Below, one piece after another: positions 1-9,489 of a DNA stretch of 64,000 nt. Under the pieces are notes generated by a model. It was not told the origin of the DNA. It worked only from the letters and a program-made list of their open reading frames with translations, and ran no database searches. The DNA is taken from the NCBI GenBank assembly GCA_963727625.1, contig CAVSHR010000002.1, forward strand, positions 96,001 through 160,000, in the 5' to 3' direction. Source of the DNA: an uncultured delta proteobacterium. Its GTDB lineage: Bacteria; Desulfobacterota; Binatia; UBA9968. The number at the start of each line of letters is the position of its first letter. Position 1 is the first letter of the stretch. Made by a program: the position numbers and the translations under genes.

Positions 1-65
1 GAAAAATCGACAATGAGCCGGGGGTCAGCGTAACGAGAGCTATAATTGGGATGGGCCTGTACACC

Positions 66-1259
66 TCAGCCTTGTGGCAACCTACTAATAAAGCTCTGAA
101 AAAAGTACAGGTTTGAAAGAAATCCTAAACAAACCAGGACCTTGAAGCCCAATGGGAGCGGTTTACCGCGGAAACCATCGCGGGCGAGCAGGAAAATGAC
201 AATCGGCAAAAAATCGAACAGGAATCTGTAGCCGAGCTGCAACTGGCCGGTGGATCGCCAGGCCAACACGGCTATCAGTACGATGGCGCAATCCAAGAGA
301 GCGATAACGTTGAAACGGTCCAACCGGAGCGCGCCCAGATATAACAACCAAGGCGAGAGGAGCAGCACACTCATGCCGACGGGATTGGTGACAAAATATG
401 GGAACTGTTCCGATGACGTCGGCCGGCCGAACAAGAATATTCGCAAATGAGGAATCACATTGGCGAGTGAACTGGTGTCGAAATCCCCAGGCGACGCCGG
501 CTGGTAATTGTATCCGGTTTCCCAGACTGAGCCGAAACGAGCGAAATTATAGGCTCCGAGCAATACAATTGGAACGGCGATACCGGCTGCAAAAATTGCC
601 AGTCTTCTGCCGCGTAGCTTGTTGTCGGACAATAAGGCGAAGCCGACGAAAAGCACGATGTTCAGACCAGCCGATATTCGAGTGGCTATCGTCAGTCCCA
701 TCAAGAGCCCCAGCAGCCACCAACGTCCTCGACCGAGCCATTCGTGGAGCGCAAGGAAAAGTAAACTGATCGCAACAACCTGAGCGAACGGCCAGCTCAT
801 CGGTATCGCTGCGAGGCTCAGGTAAGACGAGGCGCCGCAAAACGCGAGCGTTAACCAGCAGGAATCCTCCTTTGAGCGGCCGCAATGATTGGCCAAGCGA
901 AAACACAGCCAGCCGATCAACAGTGAAAGCGGCAATGAAACACAACCCAGATAAAAGTTCACGCCGGCTATTCGAAAGAGATGAACCAACGGCGCAATCA
1001 GCACGGCGGGTAGCGGACCGAGCGGCCAATAATATCGACCGCCGAACGCGGCCGTATCATGCCATTGTTCTGGAATTGATACGAAATGGAGCTTTCCACT
1101 CAGAAATGATTCCGCCAATCGGACATACTGCTGCTCATGGATGACCGATAAGTTGCCGAAAAGCACGATGGATCCACAGAGCGATAGGCATGTCGCCAAT
1201 AGGACGCGCTCTGCCGAATGGAGATTTACGCGAGCAGCGAAACGAGCGGCGATCGACAC
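66..1259 (-). CDS. Multi-pass membrane protein, probable GT-C fold (ArnT/PMT-like) glycosyltransferase
   Basis: 397 aa, many hydrophobic segments, motifs GGRYYWPLGPLP, YNFARFGSVWETGY, LGYRFLFDFLP. Confidence 0.55.
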   Translation of the reverse strand: MSIAARFAARVNLHSAERVLLATCLSLCGSIVLFGNLSVIHEQQYVRLAESFLSGKLHFVSIPEQWHDTAAFGGRYYWPLGPLPAVLIAPLVHLFRIAGVNFYLGCVSLPLSLLIGWLCFRLANHCGRSKEDSCWLTLAFCGASSYLSLAAIPMSWPFAQVVAISLLFLALHEWLGRGRWWLLGLLMGLTIATRISAGLNIVLFVGFALLSDNKLRGRRLAIFAAGIAVPIVLLGAYNFARFGSVWETGYNYQPASPGDFDTSSLANVIPHLRIFLFGRPTSSEQFPYFVTNPVGMSVLLLSPWLLYLGALRLDRFNVIALLDCAIVLIAVLAWRSTGQLQLGYRFLFDFLPIVIFLLARDGFRGKPLPLGFKVLVCLGFLSNLYFFQSFISRLPQG

Positions 1260-1546
1260 TTTAATAATTCCCTCGACCGACTGAGGAAAGACCCATTCCC
1301 TATCCAGTCGCCTTTGATCAGCTCGATAACCGGCATCGAAATAGATATCTCGGAGATGGGTTCTGACCGGACCATCGCTTCACAGTAAGGAAGGAAAGTC
1401 CGACGACGCAAATCTCTTCGATCCATCGTTCAGATCATGGTGGACTCCCATTGGGATTCGACGATTCGGCTCCCATGGGAATACCCCTGTGAAAATTTGA
1501 GAATCCCGAGCGACGTTTAATATCGTTGATTGCCGGGTCGTGGCGT

Positions 1547-2677
1547 CTACAGGCTGTAAAGCGCCGCGGCGTTTTTGCGATAAACTTTGTCTTTCATTTC
1601 GTCCGGCAAATGGGCTGAGTCCTTTTCGATGATTTCCTTGGAGAACGGCCAGGTGCTATCGGGGTGCGGGTAGTCCGAGCCCCACATGATATGGCCTTCG
1701 CCGAAGAATTGGATCAGGTGCAATCCAACCAAATCCGTTTGAAATGTCGCCCACACCTGACGCTTGAAGATTTCGCTCGGCATCGATTTCAGGGGAATCT
1801 CGGCCGCTTTGCGGCGCTCGAATTGCCGCTTGTAACGGTAGTCCATCTCTTGCACGACGAACGGAATCCAGCCGATGGCGGATTCGGCGAGGCAGAATTT
1901 CAAATTGGGATGGCGCTCCAGAGTGCCGAAGTTGAACATGTTGACGAAGGGATTGAAGAACGACGTGGCGCCGTTGCTGAGCCCCATGTCAAAGACGCCC
2001 TGGCGCTCGCCGGGCTTAACGGAATCGATTGTGGCTCTGACCGTTCCCTTCTGCACGCTGCCCCCGACGTGGTAGGAAACCACGATACCGGCGTCTTCAG
2101 CAGCGTCCCAGAACACGTCCCAGGGCTTTAAATTCATTTCCAGCGTGACGTCGTTGACCAGAAAGTTCGCTTCGCGAAACCCTAACCTCGCCACCCGGGT
2201 GACCTCATCTTTGGCGGCTTCGGCATCGACGGAAGAAAGCATGGCGACGGGAAAGAAGCGTTTCGGCGCGGTCTTACCGAAATCCAGCGCCCAGTCGTTG
2301 TAGGCCCGCACGCAGGCATTTCTCAATTCGGCATCGCCTACTTGCATGGCGATAATCGGGGGAAACATGAGTGAGGCTTCGACGCCGTCGCGATCCATGT
2401 CCGCGAGGCGCTTTTCCGGCGTGGTCGGCCGGTGTGCTTCGCCGACGCCGCCGCGGTCGAGAGCGAGCCGGGTGCGACTGGTCTTGGCAAACCAGCGCTC
2501 GCCGCGATAGTCGGCCCAGGTTTCTCCGTCGCACACCCAGTACTCGCCTTTTTCGCCGCGGTCTTCGACGTGAGGCGCGCGCTCGCGCAGCGATTGGGGT
2601 AGTCGTGCGGTCCATAAATCTCTGGGCAGATAACCGAGGTCAATGTGATCGTCAGCGGAAATCTTCGCGTAGGTCAT
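1547..2677 (-). CDS. Amidohydrolase family (Amidohydro_2) protein
   Basis: ISADDHID, DMDRDGV, WGSDYPHPDSTWP; ATG at 2677 follows AAGGAG RBS. Confidence 0.85.
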   Translation of the reverse strand: MTYAKISADDHIDLGYLPRDLWTARLPQSLRERAPHVEDRGEKGEYWVCDGETWADYRGERWFAKTSRTRLALDRGGVGEAHRPTTPEKRLADMDRDGVEASLMFPPIIAMQVGDAELRNACVRAYNDWALDFGKTAPKRFFPVAMLSSVDAEAAKDEVTRVARLGFREANFLVNDVTLEMNLKPWDVFWDAAEDAGIVVSYHVGGSVQKGTVRATIDSVKPGERQGVFDMGLSNGATSFFNPFVNMFNFGTLERHPNLKFCLAESAIGWIPFVVQEMDYRYKRQFERRKAAEIPLKSMPSEIFKRQVWATFQTDLVGLHLIQFFGEGHIMWGSDYPHPDSTWPFSKEIIEKDSAHLPDEMKDKVYRKNAAALYSL

Positions 2678-2921
2678 GGCACTCTCCTTTTTCGTCGCGG
2701 CGGCGGTGAATTCTAATAGGCTAACGCCGATTCTCACGCCAATTTTAGGGCGGTGTCAAGGCATGCGATAAGAGCGCCCCGGCTTATTAAAGCCGCCGGC
2801 GAATGTTAGAATCCAATTCATCTAGGGGGTTTGACGCTCGCAACGGATTTAGATGACGGCACCGCCATGAGATTTGGAGAGTTTTTCTCATGGCCCGGCT
2901 TGATTCTGGAAGCGATAACCC

Positions 2922-3545
2922 ATGAAAACCCGGCTTTCGCTCTTATTGGCAATCATCGTTATCTCGCACGCCGCGGCTGGCTGCTCGACGACTTCGCCGA
3001 TCATCAGTGAGTGGCGCAACCCGGCCTACATTTCCGGCTCCTTCAAACGTATCATGGTTGGAGCCCTGGGCTCAGACACCAGCATCCGGCGGAATTTCGA
3101 AGACGAGTTTTCGCTTCAACTTCGCGCCTCCGGCATCGACGGGATGCCGAGTTATCGCTATGTTGCCGAAGATGAAAAGATCGACGAAGCCAAGCTCAAG
3201 CAAGCGGCAATGAATGCCGGGGCCGACGCGCTGATCTTTGCCCGTTCGATTCAAGTCGAGCAGAAAACTCAGTACGGACCGGGCTATTTGCCCTACACGT
3301 CCTTCGGTATCTTCGGTTCCCATGTCGGCGCCACTTGGCAAGGTTTGGGCGGAACCGCGACGGTATACCGCTACAACGAATATATGTCGGAGACGACCCT
3401 GTTGGACTTGACGAAAAACGAGGTGGCGTGGACGGGCACGATTAAAACGGCGGAGCCGGACGACGTGCGGGCTGCGATCAGATCGTACGTTCAAGCGGTC
3501 ATGAAGGCGCTCGAAACCCAAGATCTCGTACGGACCCGCCAGTAA
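2922..3545 (+). CDS. Hypothetical lipoprotein (DUF4136-like)
   Basis: Signal peptide ending AAGC (lipobox-like); RRNFEDEF motif. Confidence 0.6.
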   Translation: MKTRLSLLLAIIVISHAAAGCSTTSPIISEWRNPAYISGSFKRIMVGALGSDTSIRRNFEDEFSLQLRASGIDGMPSYRYVAEDEKIDEAKLKQAAMNAGADALIFARSIQVEQKTQYGPGYLPYTSFGIFGSHVGATWQGLGGTATVYRYNEYMSETTLLDLTKNEVAWTGTIKTAEPDDVRAAIRSYVQAVMKALETQDLVRTRQ

Positions 3546-3666
3546 TACAGTGAAGCATAAGAAATTCATTCAGCGCGGCAGAGTCTCGACTCGAAACTCA
3601 TGCTTGACTCGGGCGCAGGATCGGCAGTAAGGACGGCAAATCATATCGAGTAGATAGGAGGATCTG

Positions 3667-4182
3667 ATGCCGCGAATTGCGCTGGACTTAAACAATGCCG
3701 AAGATCGTCGCAAGCTCAACGGGGAATGGCGCCTGGGACCGGGTCTAGTGCCCGGCGCACCCAACGAAGGATTGACTGCGCAACTATTGAATACCCCCGC
3801 TCGCTTAACCGATTATGACGACTCGATCTGGGAAGTCTGTCCCAACATCCGCAAAAGCATCTCCAAGGGGTTCACCTTCGCGTGGTACCGCATCAAGGTG
3901 GAGCTGCCGGAACAAGCGAACGGCATTGCCCTGGCGGGATATCGCGTCTGGTTCGAAACCAACTTCGACAACTATGGAGAGGTCTGGATCGACGGCAGAA
4001 TCGACCGCGCGACGGGCGTGATCGTCGGCATCAACGCGCCCCATCGCGTGGAAGTTAGCGCTAAAGCGGTGCCAGGTACGAAACATGTCATCGCTTGCCT
4101 GGTGGCCAACGGCCCGCTGGCGGAGCCGCGCGGCGGCATTTATATCCGTTATGCTACTCTCGCCTTTGAAGCTGCGGGGTAA
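3667..4182 (+). CDS. Hypothetical protein, galactose-binding-like beta-sandwich (GH2 N-terminal-like)
   Basis: LNGEWR, FAWYRIKV, DNYGEVWIDG; AGGAGG RBS. Confidence 0.55.
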   Translation: MPRIALDLNNAEDRRKLNGEWRLGPGLVPGAPNEGLTAQLLNTPARLTDYDDSIWEVCPNIRKSISKGFTFAWYRIKVELPEQANGIALAGYRVWFETNFDNYGEVWIDGRIDRATGVIVGINAPHRVEVSAKAVPGTKHVIACLVANGPLAEPRGGIYIRYATLAFEAAG

Positions 4183-4286
4183 GGTTTTACGAAAAAGCTC
4201 CGTGTTCTTGAGATACAAACGAGAATCATTGCGCGAAAAAGAAAAACCCTTGGGTAGGAGACTGCGTTCGTGCGCGCGAAACGGCG

Positions 4287-4979
4287 CTATTCGATGCCGG
4301 CGGCGGCGAAAAGAGATTTCGCCGACGGCGATGTGAGGTAGCGCAAAAACTCCTGAGCGGCTTCATCGGTTTGGCGATCCGCGACCAAGGCGGCGGCGTA
4401 GGTCGTGTAGTTTTGTATCGCCGCCGGCAGAGGGCCGACGAAACTCACCCCCCGGTTATGGTTCTCGATAATCACCGTCGTAGCACCGAAGCCGAGTTCG
4501 CCGACTTTGCCCTTGCTTATATGATCGAGAACGGCGGCGAAATCTGCGAGCCGCTTCGATTTGTCTGCGAGCTCCGCGCTGAGGCCGAGGCGGCTAAACA
4601 GAGAATCGAGGTAAATCCCGGTGGAGGCCTGGTTGTAAACCAGCGATTCCGCGTCGAGCAAAGACTGTTTGAATTCATCTACGGTGGCGATCTTCGGCAA
4701 CGGCGCACCGCTGCGCACCATGACGCCGGCGCCGATGCGTCCGATTAACACGGGCGCTGCAGCAACTATTCCGGCGTCACTTAGTTGATTGAGCACGGGT
4801 GGCGGCGCGATCACGATATCTACGATTTCGCCGGCGCTAATGCGCTCGGCGATCGACGGCGCGGTGGCAAACAGCGGGCGCACGGTATGCCCGCACGCCT
4901 GATGAAAGGCATCGATGACTTTCATCAATCCGGGCTTGACCGCGCCCGCGCTAAGCAGGCTTAATTCACTAGGCGCCAT
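4287..4979 (-). CDS. ModA-like (SBP_bac_11) substrate-binding-fold protein without obvious signal peptide
   Basis: LLSAGAVK, ASTGIY, VGPLPAAIQNYTTYAA; longer ORF start overlaps upstream gene, so ATG 4979 used. Confidence 0.75.
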   Translation of the reverse strand: MAPSELSLLSAGAVKPGLMKVIDAFHQACGHTVRPLFATAPSIAERISAGEIVDIVIAPPPVLNQLSDAGIVAAAPVLIGRIGAGVMVRSGAPLPKIATVDEFKQSLLDAESLVYNQASTGIYLDSLFSRLGLSAELADKSKRLADFAAVLDHISKGKVGELGFGATTVIIENHNRGVSFVGPLPAAIQNYTTYAAALVADRQTDEAAQEFLRYLTSPSAKSLFAAAGIE

Positions 4980-4992
4980 CTCGAATAGGCTT

Positions 4993-6132
4993 TCAGTCCA
5001 AATCGAAGCCGTAGAGGTTGGAGGTATTCTCAGCGAGAATTTTTCGTGCGTCGTCCTCGCCGACGCCGTTAAAATCTTTGGAGATCTTTTCGCGCGAGTG
5101 AGGCCAGAAGGTCGCGCTGTGCGGAAAATCTGAAGACCAGAGCAGATTGTCGACGCCGATGTCGTGCCGATGCGCGATGCCGAAGGTGTCGTCAATGAAA
5201 GTTGCATAGAGCTGCCGGCGAAAATAGTCGCTCGGTTTGAGCGTCAGTTTGGTCGAAAACGGGCTGCCATGCACGCGCGGTCCTTGGGCGTCGAAACGCT
5301 CATCCAGACGGTGCAGAAAGTAGGGAACCCAGCCGCAGTTGAGCTCCGCCGAGACAACCTTCAGGGCGGGGAATCGCTCCAAAACGCCGGACAAGATCAA
5401 CGTCGAAAAAGTGGTTTCGACTTCGTGCGAATTGATGCCTGTGGCGATCATTCTTTTCTTTGCGCTCGAGTCCCAATCCACCCAGCGAAAGCCCGCGAAT
5501 TCATGCAGGCTGAGGGGCATCGAAAGTTCCTGTGCCGCGGCCCAGAAGGGATCGTAGTCCTCCGCGTAAAAGGGCAACTCTTCCGGCGGCGAAGCCCAGA
5601 CGATTGCTCCCGCCAATCCTTTCCTGGCGCAGTTCGCCAGATCTTCGGCCGCCAGCGTGGGATCGTAGAGCGAGATCAGCGCCAAACCTTTGAGACGTTT
5701 GGGCGAATAACTGCAAAATTCGGCAAGCCAGTCGTTATAGACCTGAAAACAGGCTCGCTGAAAACCGGCGTCTCTGATCCAGAACATACGGAAGCCGAGG
5801 GTGGTATAAAGTACATCCCCCGCGACGCCGTCCTGATCCATGTCTTTGACTCGCTGCGCCGGGTCCCAGCCGCCGCGGTGCGCACCGGCGTAGGAAAAGC
5901 TTTTCAACAACTGTTGCAGCTCTGCGAGGTTCTTGTTGGCGCCGAAGCCCAGGATCACGTTGTGAGGCTGACGGTCCTGTTCGATGAACCACCAGGCCCC
6001 GGGTTTGCCTTCATACTCCGTCTCCATGTGCGGCGCGATATCGCGGTATTTGACCGGTAAACGTTCCTGCCAAAGTTTCAACGGCTCGCTCACATGCGAG
6101 TCGGCGTCCAGCAATACGGATGGGATCATCAT
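4993..6132 (-). CDS. Amidohydrolase family (Amidohydro_2) protein
   Basis: LDADSHVSEP, DMDQDGV, WSSDFPHSATFWP. Confidence 0.85.
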   Translation of the reverse strand: MMIPSVLLDADSHVSEPLKLWQERLPVKYRDIAPHMETEYEGKPGAWWFIEQDRQPHNVILGFGANKNLAELQQLLKSFSYAGAHRGGWDPAQRVKDMDQDGVAGDVLYTTLGFRMFWIRDAGFQRACFQVYNDWLAEFCSYSPKRLKGLALISLYDPTLAAEDLANCARKGLAGAIVWASPPEELPFYAEDYDPFWAAAQELSMPLSLHEFAGFRWVDWDSSAKKRMIATGINSHEVETTFSTLILSGVLERFPALKVVSAELNCGWVPYFLHRLDERFDAQGPRVHGSPFSTKLTLKPSDYFRRQLYATFIDDTFGIAHRHDIGVDNLLWSSDFPHSATFWPHSREKISKDFNGVGEDDARKILAENTSNLYGFDLD

Positions 6133-6319
6133 TCACTCCTATGGCGCCCTGCGCCTGGATATTAGCCCGGCAATCTTGCGGCTCAATTGAGTCGGCTTGG
6201 TGTAACCTAAGACAAGCCCGCAGGAGGAGTCAAGCATAGAAAGATCGCAAGTGCGATTGACTCGCTATGGCCGTGCGAATTATGGAGAGATTGACAGTTG
6301 TCGAAGACAGGAGCACTCC

Positions 6320-7201
6320 ATGCCGTTTAGCTACGTCCAGTTCATGACCGAGTTGATGGCGCCGCAGCCCTATCCGCGACAGCCCAAATTTGCGCCGCCG
6401 CGGCTGGCGCCGTTGCGCAAGCCGATCGACCAAGCGACCATTGGTATTTTCACCAGCGCGGGGATCCAGGTGCGCGGCGACACTCTGTTGGCCGAGACCA
6501 ACGATCTTGCTTATCGCCTGATCGATCGTGACACCCCGTATTCGGAACTTACCATCGCGCATCAGACGCCGGTGCGAAGCTGGGCGCTCGACGACCTCAA
6601 CGTCGCCTTTCCGCGCGACCGGCTGATCGAGCTCGAAGCCGAAGGCACGATCGGTAAACTGGCGCCGAGAGCGGTTTCCATGGTGGGATCTATTTCAAAG
6701 TTTACCGAGCTGATAAAGACCGCGGTGCCGCGCATCAAAGCAGAATTCGACGCTCAGGGCGTCGATCTGGTTTTTCTTTTCCCCTTCTGACCGGCCTGCC
6801 ATCGGTCCGTTGGACTGATCGCAAGGGCGCTTGAAGCGAGGGGAATGCCCACGCTGTCGATGAGCACGCTTTGGGAAGTCAGCATGGCCTTCAAACCGCC
6901 GCGCACGCTCTTCTTGGATTTTCCGCTCGGCTGTCCGGCGGGCAAGCCGAACGAGCCTGCACTGCAGCGCGACATTTTGCGCGCGGCGCTGGCGGCGGCG
7001 CCGGATTTCGACACGCATTGGAAAATTGTCGAGCTGCCGTTTCAGTGGTCGGCGGACGGCAGCCGGTACTGGGAAGAGGAAGTCAAAGAATTATATCGCA
7101 GAGGCTTGGGCACGGTCAGACGTCACGTCGCCGACCATCAGGCGGTCGGGGAGCCGCTGCTCGATCAGGAGACGGAATTCTCGCTGCGCTGCCAATGCTA
7201 A
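6320..7201 (+). CDS. Selenoprotein of glycine/sarcosine/betaine/D-proline reductase selenoprotein B (GrdB/PrdB-like) family; Sec codon TGA 6788-6790
   Basis: ORFs 6251-6790 and 6845-7201 are in one frame; readthrough gives VDLVFLFPF-U-PACHRSVGLIARALEARGMPT; N-part has IFTSAG and DLNVAFPRDRL, C-part PPRTLFLDFPLGCPAGKP; AGGAG RBS before ATG 6320. Confidence 0.88.
6795..6826 (+). promoter_or_regulatory. Putative bacterial SECIS hairpin
   Basis: ATCGGTCC-GTT-GGACTGAT (6801-6819): 8-bp stem with one G-U pair and G-first apical loop 18 nt after the TGA; extendable by CCTGC/GCAAGG. Confidence 0.65.
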
Positions 7202-7207
7202 GCCGAG

Positions 7208-8188
7208 CTAGCGCTTTTTATAAACCTGATCGATGAATCCTTCCTTCACCAGGCGGTCGATGATCGAATTGTCGGCGAAGGTTTCGATGGGCAGGCCTTT
7301 CTTGCCCATGAACTCGAGGATGGTGGAGACGGCCTCGGCATCAACGCGCGGGACAGCGTCGACATACTTGGCGGCGTCGCTGTAAATTTCCTCGACCGCT
7401 TTCATTTCCTTGAGGCGCGTATAGCGGGCGACCGTTTTTAGGACGCGTTCCTTCTGTTGCGGATCGCGCAGCACGGCCACCCCTTCGATATAAGCGCGCA
7501 TGATTCGTTCCAAAGTTTCCGGCGCGCGCCGGTAAAAGTCGCGGGAGACGACAAGCTGGCCCATGGAATAGTGAATGCCGGAATCGGCGAGCTCGATGAG
7601 AATTCGATGCGGCACGTCGGTGCGCAGAGTGGCGAGAACCGCGGCGTCGATCTGGCGGTGGCGAAAAGCGAGTCCGACCTCGAGCGTGCCGCCGAGCTGG
7701 CGAATATTTACGGCATTCTCCAGTCCGACCCGGCGCAGCAGGATGCGGGTCAAATTATCCGTGGTGGCGCCGAAGCGTGAAACGCCAAAAGTCTTGCCGC
7801 GCAACTCTTCGACATGGTTGATCTCGGGATGGACCCAGAGCCGGAGGTAGGGGCGGTTAGCCAGGCTTGCCACCGAGACGATGGAGGCGCCGCGGAGCAC
7901 GGCTGCGATCACGGCGTTGGCGCCGGCGATGGCGGCCTGGACGTCGCCGCCGATCAACGCCGGCACCATGACCGGGCTGGAAGAGATAAAAATCAAGCTC
8001 GGCTCGACACCGTACTTGTCGAACGCGCCGATGTCTTTGGCCACCCACAGGCCCACTGCCGTCGGGCCGGTGGTGGAGTAGCCGAAATTAAGTTTGGCTT
8101 TTTCAGCAGCATCGGTTGCGCTGACCAAAAAGATCATAGCGAGTAAAACGAGCGGCATGCGCTTGAAAAAATCTGCTTGGCACTTCAT
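7208..8188 (-). CDS. ABC transporter substrate-binding protein, NMT1/THI5/SsuA-like
   Basis: Signal peptide; ELRGKTFGVSRFGATTD; C-terminal ADNSIIDRLVKEGFIDQVYK. Confidence 0.85.
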   Translation of the reverse strand: MKCQADFFKRMPLVLLAMIFLVSATDAAEKAKLNFGYSTTGPTAVGLWVAKDIGAFDKYGVEPSLIFISSSPVMVPALIGGDVQAAIAGANAVIAAVLRGASIVSVASLANRPYLRLWVHPEINHVEELRGKTFGVSRFGATTDNLTRILLRRVGLENAVNIRQLGGTLEVGLAFRHRQIDAAVLATLRTDVPHRILIELADSGIHYSMGQLVVSRDFYRRAPETLERIMRAYIEGVAVLRDPQQKERVLKTVARYTRLKEMKAVEEIYSDAAKYVDAVPRVDAEAVSTILEFMGKKGLPIETFADNSIIDRLVKEGFIDQVYKKR

Positions 8189-8282
8189 TGGCCCTCCCGC
8201 GGTATTGAATCCGGCTGCGTCGTATCACGCGCTGAAGCAAACTGTCAATGTTGAGTGTTTTTAGTTCGGCGGTTCCTAAGCT

Positions 8283-8325
8283 CGAACGGAGCGTGGCGGT
8301 TGAACCGCTTGAACGATTTGAAACA
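8283..8325. repeat. 9-bp-period (T)GAAC short-repeat element (half copy)
   Basis: cgaacggagcgtggcggttgaaccgcttgaacgatttgaaac; reverse complement resembles 61957-62000. Confidence 0.6.
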
Positions 8326-8343
8326 TCGTCCGAATCGCATCGG

Positions 8344-9060
8344 TTAGCCATCCAGCTCGGGATAGTGCCGAAAGATGCCTTCCTGGTTGAAAGAAAGACG
8401 GCGCGGTGATGCCAGATACGCAGCGATTCCGGGACGGGCGGCGACGAGATCATGCAGGGCCGCGACCTTTGGATACTTCGGCTCCAGCCGCGCCATGGTG
8501 CGCGGGAAGGCGTAGCGCAATCCTTCGATCATCTGAAACAGCGAAAGATCGACATAGCAAAGTTTCTTGCCGAGAAGGTGGGCGCTGCCCTTCGGATTCG
8601 TTTTCAGCAGTCTTTCGAAATAGGCGAAGAACTTCGGCAGGCGATCGGCTGTAAATTCAGCGGCGCGCCGTTTGGCCGCCGCTTTTTGATCTTCATAATA
8701 AAGACTGCCGGCGATCGGGTGGTGCGTGTCATGCACCTCGCTAACCCAATCGGCGATGGTCAGTTGCAACTGGTGCGCCCACAGACGGGTCGGTTCGTTT
8801 TTCGGAACCAGGTTAAGACGCGGGCCGAGATAAAAAAGAATGTTGGCCGTCTGCCCGATCACGAGCGTGCCGGCTTTGAGGAACGGCGGCGCGAACGGTG
8901 GATGTTTTTCCGAGCGGCTTTCCATCATCCTCATCATCACGGCCATGCCGCCTGGGTGGCGCGCGGCATCGGCATAATCCGCTCCGGCATCTTCCAACGC
9001 AAGCCGGATAAATTCACCGCGGCCTTGGATCGACGGCCAGTAGTAAAGCTCGTAACGCAT
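8344..9060 (-). CDS. Glutathione S-transferase
   Basis: YELYYWPSIQGRGEFIRLALE, PFAPPFLK, IGQTANIL. Confidence 0.9.
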   Translation of the reverse strand: MRYELYYWPSIQGRGEFIRLALEDAGADYADAARHPGGMAVMMRMMESRSEKHPPFAPPFLKAGTLVIGQTANILFYLGPRLNLVPKNEPTRLWAHQLQLTIADWVSEVHDTHHPIAGSLYYEDQKAAAKRRAAEFTADRLPKFFAYFERLLKTNPKGSAHLLGKKLCYVDLSLFQMIEGLRYAFPRTMARLEPKYPKVAALHDLVAARPGIAAYLASPRRLSFNQEGIFRHYPELDG

Positions 9061-9179
9061 GGCGGTTCTCCGCTCAGGTCAGGCACAAGGCACTAGGCAA
9101 CAGTCACAATATCATGAGGGCACCGCGCCCTTACTCTTTACGTTAAATATTGCGCATGTTGTTTAAGTCACAATGCTCG

Positions 9180-9460
9180 CTATTTATGAATTAGCCGGGC
9201 AAATTTCCCCCCCGGTTCGCGCCAGTTCTTGATGATATCCTCGCCGTAGAAGCGGACCTTCTCGAATTCCTCCGGCGTCATAACGTCTTTGGCCGCCGAA
9301 GAATCGATCTTGGCCAACCACTTGGTGTCGATGTCGAGCCGCCTACTGCCTCGGGTGAGCGCATGGCTGTATAAGGTTTGGCCTTCGTTGCCGAGCAGCC
9401 AATTAATGTAAACCTTCGCGGCGTTCGATTGAGGAGCGTTCTTGATCACCGCCCTTGTGC
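9180..9460 (-). pseudogene. Orphan 3' fragment of extracellular solute-binding protein (Fe3+/thiamine-type)
   Basis: KNAPQSNAAKVYINWLLGNEGQT matches the C-terminal motif of the SBP at 30488-31669 (APHPNAAKLFVNWFLSKEGQ); no N-terminal part or signal peptide. Confidence 0.7.
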
Positions 9461-9489
9461 CAGCACCGATTAAAAAATCCATTTTACAC

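Noticed and set aside
6251-7201. Two separate genes (179 aa and 118 aa) or a nonsense pseudogene
   Set aside because: Same frame, family motif runs straight through the TGA, and a SECIS-like hairpin follows; better explained as one selenoprotein
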